A program made the position numbers and the translations under genes. This document shows positions 25,225-35,095 of a stretch of DNA of 64,000 nucleotides, piece after piece; within the stretch, counting starts at the first letter, position 1, and every line of letters starts with the position of its first letter. The notes beneath the pieces are model-generated. The model saw only the letters and a program-made list of their open reading frames with translations, did no database searches and was not told the origin of the DNA. This DNA is from Blepharisma stoltei ATCC 30299 (lineage: Eukaryota; Protista; Ciliophora): contig CBFDEM010000053.1 in assembly GCA_965603825.1 (NCBI GenBank), positions 744,001-808,000 on the forward strand. Reading direction: 5' to 3'.

Positions 25225-27093
25225 ATGGAAAAGATTCCAAAGCCAATTTTATCAATTATATTTAGCATGATGCCTTCTTTTGATCAAGTCGCAAAAATCG
25301 CGACTGTGTGTCGAAAATGAAAAGCAATTGTAGAAGTTATGGATCATTCTGCCTCATTTCAGCGTTCAGATGACCCTAGGTGCTGATCGGATAAGAATAG
25401 CATTTTTATAATGGCAATTTTGCTTGAAAAATTTACATCGCCATACCCCAAAATACAATGAAAATTGTTGTATCTTGACCTTAAAAGCTTAATAATTAAA
25501 AAGAAAGATTTGTCATCGCTTCTTTTGGCTCAGCCAAGGCTTTTGAAACTCGACCTCACAAACACTACAATAAATTTATCCAATCTATGAGATCGTTTAT
25601 ATAAAGCAAAATGTGAGGCAGAAGAAAAAGATCCATTGAGGACTATAGAGTTTTCACTTGAAGAGCTCAGAATTACCAATAACCAAAGAGAACCTGGCCA
25701 CTATACATTAATAAAGCTATTCCCAAATCTAAAACGGCTATATGCAGGAAATACCCAAACCAATATTTTTGATTTTAAGAAGCTTATAAAAAATTTACCT
25801 AAGCTTGAAATTTTAGACATTTCTCATTGCCCAGATTGCCAATCTCAAGGGGACGATTACTGCCAAAAAGTTATTAAAAAATATTTGAAAGGCTCGCATT
25901 TAAAAACAATTTTCTATTCTTACTCCGACATTGAAGAAGCCGGTGAGTCTAATAAACTTAATTTTGAAGAAATCAATGGTGTGAAGCTTATAAATAAAAG
26001 CATTTGTGAAATATTAGGAGAAATTAATGATGAAAATCATTTAACGAAATTAAAAGAATGGCTTGATTTAGGAGGAGACGTTAATTTATGCAATGAAATT
26101 GACAATGATAACGAAGTTTTTACCTCATGGAGGTATCCTCATATTGAATTTCTTAAAATAGCAGATGAAAATATGGCAATAAAAGTGTTCAAAATGCTTT
26201 TATTGTTTGGAATTGATTTATCTGTAAGTTATTTTGTTGAAAAATCAGTCGATAAAAATTCTCAAAATAATTCTTCCAATTCTGACAGTTCATCATCTGA
26301 TGAAGATTCAGATGAAGCTTCTGATGCTACTGAAAGTGAAACTAATCCATTGCTGTTTTCTGGAATGAACAACAATATTGAACTGTTTCGATTTTTTGTC
26401 AGAAATTCATTTCCTTTGATTAATGAAAAAAATATCCTAAAAATGCCACTTACGATTTCTCAGGAATTATTTAAATTATACCTCAATCATGAAATTCCTG
26501 GGTTTTTTACCAAAAATTTGATGATTGAAGGCTTAAACAGCTATTTAGCAGTTAATAGAAACATAGGAACGGTTTGGGCTATTAATGAGGCAACAAATAA
26601 AGAGCAGGATAAAGGATTAATAGAAAGGCTAGAGACTGTAAATAATATGTTAATAGATCTGTCCTCAGGAATATCTAATAGCAATGATGCTAATAAGCTG
26701 GTCTTTGGCAATTTCCATATAAATCGTCAAGACGAATGTGGAAGGACGTTCTTAATGCTGGCAGCAGCATTTGGAAACGAAGAAATTGTAGATATGCTAT
26801 ATAAAAATGGTGCAGATGTAAATATTAAAGATGAAATGGGGTATACAGCTCTTCATTATGCCGCTGAAAGGGGATATAAAAAGACTGTTGAAAAACTGCT
26901 ATCATATGGGGTAGTAGCATCAACTCCTGCAGAATCAGGGACTTCAGCAATAGCTTTAGCGAAGATTAACTTTCATAACGAAATTGTCAGTGTTCTAATT
27001 AAATCAGAAAAAAAGAATTTTGAGGCTCTTAATGGGAAATTAGCATGGAGTAAGGGAAAAAGACGTGTTTTTAAGGACTTGCCAAGTAAATAA
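25225..27093 (+). CDS. F-box / leucine-rich repeat / ankyrin repeat protein, ~622 aa
   Basis: ATG 25225 gives the F-box MEKIPKPILSIIFSMMPSFDQVAKIATVCRKWK (TGA=W). LRRs: FPNLKRLYAG, LPKLEILDISHC. Ankyrins: GRTFLMLAAAFGN, GYTALHYAAERG. Confidence 0.85.
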
Positions 27094-27526
27094 AATAGTT
27101 TCTTAAAAGACTAGCTTTTTATAAGTATTCTGCATCAGTTAAAATCCCAAATTTTGTAATGAGAAGAAAATCGAAAAACTTTTTAAATTAGTTTTAATTC
27201 ATCTTTTTTTCATTTATTGCTGTATTTGTATTACTTAGGATTGTATAAGTTATGGGTTACTTTATCACTTTAAAACAATAAATGGCAATCTTACCAATAA
27301 ATTATAGCGTATTTTTAAATTCTAATCTTTGGACTTTAAGATTTATAGAATGTATCAATAAAAATCACAAAGATGCTGTAATATTTATTAAAAATTATGG
27401 TTAACTATCTTCACATAATATTTTTACATTCAAGCAATATTTTTAAATATACATGAAGTAAAAGTATGTTTATGCCTTTATAAACAATATTTCAATAATT
27501 ACATAATTATCATTAGTATAAAGAAA

Positions 27527-28807
27527 TTATCCAAATTTGATATTTTTAGCCTTATCTGCGAATTTTCCTAATCTTTGGAAATAATAATTTTCATTTTCAA
27601 GAAATAGTTGATATTCAATATCTTCGAATTTTGCCAAAACTGGATTCGAGTTCTTTTTTGCTTCTTTTATCCTTTTATTCTGCAGCATTGTAAGATAGAT
27701 AAAATAGTTCGCTCTATCCCTTACTTTTTCACACACTTCTTGAGAGAAATCAAGATTTAATATGTCTTCAACACTTTTTATGCCTATGTCTTTGAAGTCT
27801 TTTAATTTCCAAAATAAAATTTTATGCACTTTTTCCATATCAGGAAGTGGTGGGCGTGTAATTTTGAATTCTGAGAGTTCTGTTATATTATATTTTTTTA
27901 GTAAAGCTTTTTTCAAAGATTTCATCGTATAGTTGTTAGGATTGTCTAGCTCAGTGATAGGGGAATTATCTGTAATTCCGAACTTTCTTAATAAGTCCGG
28001 CCAGCTTGGATCGACTTCTGCATTGATAATAGTATTTTTATCAGGATTATCCTCATCAAGAAACCCAAATCTTCACAAAAAATCAACGCTACTTAAATTT
28101 CCAAAATTCCTTGTCAGCTCCTCCCCAGCTTTTATATCCCTTTCTGCTATCAGTGAATAAGACCCTAATTCCCTATAAATTTCGCAATTTGGCTTATAAG
28201 CATGATTCATATGATCCATTAATGGAATTACGCAGAGCCCATCATTTGTATTTATTGCTCTTTTATAGCTTTCTATTAAAGACCATTGATGCTCAGGCTC
28301 AGAAACCCCAGCGACATATCCTTTAGAGTTTTTATAAATAGTCTCATAAGTTTCTATTAGCATTGATTTTTCTAAGCTATTTGCATTGGACAATCCCCAC
28401 GAATTTGTTCTTCCTCCTTGATATAGCTCTGAGGATTTTTTATAGTCAGTTGGCCAGGAATCTAAATAATCGTGCAAAATGTGCCCGAGATTTCGGGAGA
28501 TATAAGAAATTTGGAATCCTATGTTAAGCCTTTGGTGGAGATCAGGTTTGTGTGGATGTATTTCTTGAAGGTACTGAAAAACATCTGATATTAATTGACT
28601 TTTCATTTGAGGAATGTGGAGCAGTTTAAAACCTGGGATATAGTGTTTGATTTCTAAAATTGTGGATCGAAATGGGATATCTGTATCTGCTATAAGGCCT
28701 ATGGCTTCTTGTTGTGATTTCACTCTGATAGGGAAATAAATTGAGGGCTCAATAGGCTGCCAAGCTCGAATTAGACCAGCAGGTGCAGTCTTGAATAAAT
28801 GTTCCAT
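27527..28807 (-). CDS. SET-domain protein lysine methyltransferase (SETD3/Rubisco-LSMT-like), ~426 aa
   Basis: IPLMDHMNH and AERDIKAGEELTRNFG..DFLWRFGF motifs. Two ORFs are joined through TGA at 28073. Confidence 0.8.
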
Positions 28808-28935
28808 ATTAATAAAATTGTGATATTAAATATATATTTATTTAACAAATTTCAAGCAAATTGCAGATATAAATTAATAAAAAGCTATTGCTAAAATAAC
28901 TTCTTTAAAATCTCTTTTTATTATATGAACATTCG

Positions 28936-29556
28936 TTAATATTTATTCCTATTTATCAATAAATCTCCACAATTTGGACATTTTTTTCTGTCAGCTGATA
29001 GCAGCCATGCATCTAAGCACGATAAATGAAATCCATGACCGCACTTCGTAACCCTTATAGAATCTCCTATTTGAAATTCAAGTAAACAAATCGTGCACAA
29101 TGGCTCTCCTTTAATTTCCTGTTTTGTCGGAAAATAATCACTTCCAATTTGAGTATTTATTTCATATTTAGTTAGTGTCAGATTAGTAGTTTCTAGCTGC
29201 GGCACTTCAGTTACTCCAATGGATTCATTTCTTTCTCTATTCAGTCTTATCCTTATATTATTTATTCATCTTGAGTTTCTCTTCCAGCATATATAGAAGC
29301 AAAAGGTTCTACATTTTATTTACAATGCTATTACAATCCCTGCTAATACACATAAGGCAATTATTGCAGTTTTCGTAGTATCAGAAAGCTCAGAGCTGCT
29401 TGAAGATGCAGATTTGCAGTCTCCGTTATCATAACTGCAAATTTCATTATTGCAATTATCATCACAATTTCCATTTCCGAGTAAGTGTGACGCACAAGGG
29501 CATGACTGCGATTTTGAAAGTTCAGAGATAAAAAGAATAATTACGGTCCAAGACAT
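28936..29556 (-). CDS. Signal peptide-LNR-TM-RING-H2 protein (putative membrane E3 ubiquitin ligase), ~201 aa
   Basis: Starts MSWTVIILFISELSKS. LNR: CASHLLGNGNCDDNCNNEICSYDNGDC. TM: AIIALCVLAGIVIALTFCFYICW after splicing 29309-29323. RING-H2: CTICLLEF..CGHGFHLSCLDAWL..CPNC. Confidence 0.87.
29309..29323 (-). other. 15-nt intron GTAAATAAAATGTAG
   Basis: Contains the in-frame TAA that ends the 29320 ORF. Removing it completes the TM helix and keeps frame with the RING. Confidence 0.9.
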
Positions 29557-29856
29557 AATAATTATTGATTCTTTCACATTATAATGCAAACTGAAACTGA
29601 GAAGAATGAATAAAGAAACCGAAACTTTAAATGAATTTGATAATCTATTGAAGTTAAAGATGAATTGATTGCTTGATTTTTATCTAAATTTTAAAGATAA
29701 AAGCAATTCTTGTGATTTTTGCAATTAATTTGGTTTAAAAACGTTCCATTTTTACTGGAAAATTTTTATCATTATATAGCGCTTAAATAAAATGGCTTGC
29801 ATTTTAAGAAATGTCAAAATTAAAATTGAATTGTATTTATAATTTATCCTTAATTA

Positions 29857-30540
29857 TTACTCGTCTATATGAATATTTTCAAGAGCTGGTGAAATATGTA
29901 TCTCCTCATAGCTATCATTGCTTATTTCATGAAGCCATTGTGATCTTCTGATAATCCCATCAACCTTTTCTTGACAAAAAATTAGCTCCTCTTGATGTTT
30001 CGACTTATAAATATTTGCTAGGCAGTCAAATGACTCCTTATAAGATCTGAAATTTATTTCAAAATCACCCTCAATCAACCCCTCAAACGAAATGTCCATA
30101 AAATGAATCGCCCCTATACTAAATGTAGGAATAGCTAAAGCAAATTGCGAATTAGTTAAATGCTCATGGTGAGCGACCTTCAGTGCGTTCAGGATGCTTA
30201 TTGCAGTTATTTCTTTCCAATTTTTATTAAAAATCGGGATATTTGAGTTTTTGTGAAATCTTTCTAGAAATATCTTTGCTATTATAAGCTCTTCTGTTTT
30301 TAAGCTAATTAAACTATGCAAATTACTAAGAAAGTTTTGGATATCGACAGCAGGAGTTGCATCGTCAGCTTTACAAGCTGTGTAGCTGGCATTAATTATA
30401 TCATTGAAGAAATATTCGTTGTGCTCTATCTCATTGCTTTTTATTTCGAGGTTTAGTTTGATGTTGTGATGAATCCATCGAGCTAGTGAGAAAATCATTT
30501 CATTTGGGCCTGGATATATTCTGGCTGTATTTCTGATCAT
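29857..30540 (-). CDS. Cyclin-fold protein (cyclin Y/PHO80-like, divergent), 227 aa
   Basis: Cyclin-box-like segment EELIIAKIFLERF..NWKEITAISILNALKV..NSQFA. Confidence 0.7.
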   Translation of the reverse strand: MIRNTARIYPGPNEMIFSLARWIHHNIKLNLEIKSNEIEHNEYFFNDIINASYTACKADDATPAVDIQNFLSNLHSLISLKTEELIIAKIFLERFHKNSNIPIFNKNWKEITAISILNALKVAHHEHLTNSQFALAIPTFSIGAIHFMDISFEGLIEGDFEINFRSYKESFDCLANIYKSKHQEELIFCQEKVDGIIRRSQWLHEISNDSYEEIHISPALENIHIDE

Positions 30541-30987
30541 TATTTATTATCGGTAATTAAAAAAAAATTTTATGTAAAAACTTATGATATAACAGAAATT
30601 ACTGAGAATTAATTTTATTCAAGAAAATTGATAATTTTTTAATAAAAATGATCAATATTAGATCAGCATCGAGAAAAGAAAATTATTAATAGCAAACCCA
30701 CCTAAATATCGGCAATTGAAAAGAGTAATTTTTATATTTTTAATATCAATTTATTAAGAATTACTTATTAATTTGGATTTCTAATTAATTTCAAAATAAC
30801 ACCAACTTAGGACTGATATACATTATGCTTACATAAACAAATAAGCTTATAACCTCTGAGAAGCCCTAGCTAATCAAAAGCCTAAAAGGTTTATTATCTT
30901 TGCTATCTAAACTAATATTACTATTCCAAATTTATCTTTAATGAATCCAAAGCCTCCATAAATAATTTATCATCATAAATAAAGATA

Positions 30988-31740
30988 TTAAATGTAATCG
31001 ATTATTTCCCCAAATAGGTTATTCGACAGCCTCATCATAAATGGAACATGATACCTTGCATAAGCCAGCCCAACCCTATAATAATAGCAATAAGTTAATT
31101 TCAACTTTAACTTCTCATCTTCCTTTAAGCTCTCAAACACTGCTTCTTTTATCTTCGGCATCAGCTTATAATCCAAACAAATTTGAATTAATTCTGAACT
31201 GTTTTTCAAATTCGCTTCCAAAATCAGCGGCTTTAAGTTTTTATTTCCTTCCAGTGCTGAATTTTCGTCTAAATTTGCCCCTTTTTCAATAACTAGTCTT
31301 GCAGCAGCTGCATTTCCAGCTTGAAATAGCCTGTTAACTGCTACGTAGCTCTTATAGACTGGATCTATATCTATGATCCAATTTGCGAGCTCTTGATTCT
31401 TTTCTATAGCAGAAGCTAATAGAAAAGTGTCGTTTTCTCTTTGTATATCCGATTTTATGAATTTTTCGTAAAGAATTTTGCATGTCTCTACATTATTTCT
31501 GGCCATAGACTGCTGAATAAAGAAAATAAAGGCATTTGCATAAGAAGTCAAAAGAAATCCAAAATAGTCCATCTCGAGGAGATGAGAAAGAATTTTTGGC
31601 TTGTTAAAAATGACAATTCTTCTGATAATCATAAGTTTGAGATTAAGATCGTCTTCATTTTTGAATTCGTAAAGGGCTGGGTTATCAGCTTGAATAGCGA
31701 CAGCAATTTCTTCAGGCAGAATCTGGTTTGGTTCTGACAT
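30988..31740 (-). CDS. Degenerate ankyrin-repeat protein, 250 aa
   Basis: Ankyrin-like units NNVETCKILYE, LLASAIEKNQELANWII and AGNAAAARLVIEKGANL. Confidence 0.65.
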   Translation of the reverse strand: MSEPNQILPEEIAVAIQADNPALYEFKNEDDLNLKLMIIRRIVIFNKPKILSHLLEMDYFGFLLTSYANAFIFFIQQSMARNNVETCKILYEKFIKSDIQRENDTFLLASAIEKNQELANWIIDIDPVYKSYVAVNRLFQAGNAAAARLVIEKGANLDENSALEGNKNLKPLILEANLKNSSELIQICLDYKLMPKIKEAVFESLKEDEKLKLKLTYCYYYRVGLAYARYHVPFMMRLSNNLFGEIIDYI

Positions 31741-31800
31741 TTTCTTTATTATCTATATTATTTATTAATTTCTGAAATATGCTGTTGCTATAATCGAAGT

Positions 31801-32640
31801 TTATTTGGTAAATTTATCTAAAATCGCCTTTCCTGGAATAAAGCTTGTGACAAAGTCACACCCAAGCTCCCACATCTTGTTTTTGCTTTCAATTTTCGCA
31901 ATTTTTATCGCGGTCTCACACATAATTCTTTCGATTTCTATATTAGTTTTTGATTTAGCTTGCTCTATTTTTATAGAAATCTCCTGTTTATAATTTTCTA
32001 TAATTTTATCTGTTTCATGTGCACTTAGAGCTATTTCTTTGGAAATTCTCTCAGAAAATTCCTCTATTTCTCTATTTGAATTTATCATAATCATTTTTAT
32101 CTCATAATCTAGCCTATTTTGTGCGTCTTTGATTAATGATTCAGATTTATTGATTTCTAATTGTAAATTATGGCGAAGTTCTTCCATTTCTTTTTCTCCT
32201 TCTAGTTTAAATCTTTCTAAATCTCTATCTAGGAAAGCTTGATGAACTTTTAGTTGAATATCATTTTGAAAAATTTGCAGTTCTTCATTCATTTCTATTT
32301 GATGATTTTTGAGATTAAATTCATTCCTGATAGCCTGAACTTCGATCATGGTATCCGACTTTATTTTATCAAGGTATAAAATTAAGGAATTTTGGTCTAT
32401 TTGGCACTTTATTACTGATTCTTGAGTTATTCTATTAATTGCAGTATTGGAGTCTTCAATTCTGATGAAGACCTTTGGAGGATGAAGAGGCTTGTTCTTT
32501 CGAATCGGAACTGGATCAATTTTAATATAAATAGACCCTGTCTCTTGGCTTTGGAATTGGGGGACTTCTTCTATTATCTGTTGGACGTAATTAATTCTCT
32601 GTTGATTGTTAGAATATAGATGGGATTGACTAGGGTTCAT
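31801..32640 (-). CDS. Hypothetical coiled-coil protein, 279 aa
   Basis: Intact ATG-TAA ORF with an E/K/I-rich helical C-terminal half. Confidence 0.7.
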   Translation of the reverse strand: MNPSQSHLYSNNQQRINYVQQIIEEVPQFQSQETGSIYIKIDPVPIRKNKPLHPPKVFIRIEDSNTAINRITQESVIKCQIDQNSLILYLDKIKSDTMIEVQAIRNEFNLKNHQIEMNEELQIFQNDIQLKVHQAFLDRDLERFKLEGEKEMEELRHNLQLEINKSESLIKDAQNRLDYEIKMIMINSNREIEEFSERISKEIALSAHETDKIIENYKQEISIKIEQAKSKTNIEIERIMCETAIKIAKIESKNKMWELGCDFVTSFIPGKAILDKFTK

Positions 32641-33179
32641 AGTCGATTTCTACAAATATTAATAAAGGTTTCAAATAAGAAATTTTATGAAGCCGCTACT
32701 AGATATTACAAATTTTGATGACTACATATCTGCGTTTAGCTAATAGAGTTATCAATATAATACATATGCAAAGCCATCTATTAGCATTTTTAAATTATTT
32801 TTCAGCTAAGATAATTACCTAATAGGCTGTTACAGTTTTATATAATATAGCTTGGGCCATTATAATACATAGACTGGCTAAACAAATATAAGCTCTCTAA
32901 ATTCTTCACATGAGCAATATTTGCTTTTTTATGGTTCTCTTCCATGTTTTCTTGATATATAATTTTTAAATATCAATATATCGTATTTTTAATTTTATGT
33001 GTTATTATAGCCAAAACTAAACTAATTATATTAATGTTTATGATTTCCTAAATATTTGCGTTCTTTTTTGAAAAAAATTAGCCTTTTTATATAGTAAGAA
33101 ATTTTACTTCATAGATGGGATCAATCTTATTATTAGAAAATTGTGATTTACACCTATTTCAGATTAATTATTAATTTTT

Positions 33180-33986
33180 TTACTTATGAGCAACTATAAC
33201 TAAAGCTTCAAACATCAAAAGTTCTTCTCTTTCACTAATTTCTGATACCAATTCTCTCAGCCTTGCAAGAATCCTACTATCAGTTTCTTCATTTTGGCTT
33301 TTCATTATCAGCTCTTTAGGAAAATGCGAAAAAAAATTCAAGCTTTCTTCAACCCCTACAGGTCCTTGTGGGGCTGCAGTATAATAACTATAAGTTTTGC
33401 TAAATCCAGCATCTCTGACCATCTGTTTAAGCGCATCTTGATCATTTAAATAAAAAGGCGACCTTTTAGCAGGATACATATCTTCTCCAGCTATTTCTGA
33501 ATTTGCTTTGTCTAATAGTCCTACAGATGTGCAATTTTCTCGTCGTCCCCACACTGAAAATACAGCAATTCCGCCTAGTGCTAAAATCCTATAAGCTTCT
33601 CTTAACATTGTATTAGCATCAGGAACCAGCATTAATGATAAATTAGCTATGTATCTGTCGAAGAAATTATCCTCATATGGCAATGCATCATTTGAAGCTT
33701 GAATAAAATGGGTTCGAGGAAGATGCCTTTCTAAAGCTTTTTCTATCATTAAGTCGCTTAAATCATTTGCCCATACTTCGGCTTCTGGAGGGAGATAGCT
33801 AAGGAGGATAGAAATTCCTTTTCCTGATCCACATGCAGCTTCAGCAATTTTGTGAGCATTTTTGAGGTTGAGGACTGGGAGAAGGGAATGATAAATAGAG
33901 CTTGTTAATGTTTCAGCTGTGCTTATATACCAATCCACTGTAGAGTTCCAAACAGATCTTAATTGCTCATTTGAAGGTGCTGTCAT
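33180..33986 (-). CDS. Class I SAM-dependent methyltransferase, 268 aa
   Basis: Motif I IAEAACGSG, then NDLSDLMI, LPYEDNFFD and REAYRILALGG. Confidence 0.9.
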   Translation of the reverse strand: MTAPSNEQLRSVWNSTVDWYISTAETLTSSIYHSLLPVLNLKNAHKIAEAACGSGKGISILLSYLPPEAEVWANDLSDLMIEKALERHLPRTHFIQASNDALPYEDNFFDRYIANLSLMLVPDANTMLREAYRILALGGIAVFSVWGRRENCTSVGLLDKANSEIAGEDMYPAKRSPFYLNDQDALKQMVRDAGFSKTYSYYTAAPQGPVGVEESLNFFSHFPKELIMKSQNEETDSRILARLRELVSEISEREELLMFEALVIVAHK

Positions 33987-34148
33987 TTATTATTAAATAG
34001 CTTGGCTAAGAAAGCATAAAATTTACGTTCACACCATTTACTGAATTTTCATGTAAAATGAAAACTTAAGAGTTTCTCTGCTATTCACTATATAAAGCCA
34101 AACCCCCTACCAGAAAATAAATCAAAAGGATTTTATAATAAAATAATA

Positions 34149-34577
34149 ATGGACGCTGAATACAAAAGTGATCAAGAAAAGTATGCTCAAAAAATGTTTA
34201 ATAATGAAATCAATTTATCTGATCTTGATTCCTATATAGAAAGCCTAGTTAATGCTAAATTAAACGAAAAAATAGGCTCATTAATAGCAGAAAACAAAGA
34301 ATTAAAAGAAAAAGTTTCACTTTTAGAAATTAGCTGTAGTACCCAGGCACAGATAAATAGAGAATTGCAAGAAAAATTAGATAATTTTGTAGCTGCTAGT
34401 GTAAAAGCTGATTTGCCATCTGCGCTTAAAGAGATCAATGAAAAATTGATGAAACTATCAAGCGAAAGCAAAGCATACTTTGAAAGCAATAGTTCTGTAG
34501 TCTACCACAATTGGATTGAATTGGATGGAAGAATTAATGTTATAGCTGAAGATATGGAAAAGCTCATGCAAAATTAA
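34149..34577 (+). CDS. Short coiled-coil protein, 142 aa (possibly 3'-truncated)
   Basis: ATG after an A-rich leader, with a heptad pattern LIAENKELKEKVSLLE. Confidence 0.6.
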   Translation: MDAEYKSDQEKYAQKMFNNEINLSDLDSYIESLVNAKLNEKIGSLIAENKELKEKVSLLEISCSTQAQINRELQEKLDNFVAASVKADLPSALKEINEKLMKLSSESKAYFESNSSVVYHNWIELDGRINVIAEDMEKLMQN

Positions 34578-35095
34578 CTTTAAACATTTACTTGCCATAA
34601 ATTTTAAAAGTTATATTAATGAGGATAGGAAAAGCTTCTATTTTTTTGGTAGTAAAATTTATGCAAAAATATTCAGTTATGGAATCGAGAACTAGCAGAT
34701 TCAAAAAATTTCACTGGTTCAATAAAAATTCACTTAAAATAATTAAGATCTGTTGCGAAATCAAACTCTAAATTGCATGAACGGAAAATCTTAAAGGTTG
34801 CAGGAGACCTTAATAAAAAAATCTAGAGCAACGCTTGATGATTTAAAAACGCGTATACAAAGCCTAGAAGAAAATATCACTTCATAAAAGAAAAAATAAA
34901 TCCACACTAATTAATATAATAAATTTATGTATCCAAATTCAATGTAAGCTTTATTAATGGCTTTTTCTTATTTTAAACGCTATTTTGATTGCCTAATATA
35001 TATAAAAATCATACTATCTTTTCAATTAAAACTTGGCATGCACAAAGCATATAAGGAAAACATTTGAAGACATTATAATTTATCCTAAGTTTACA

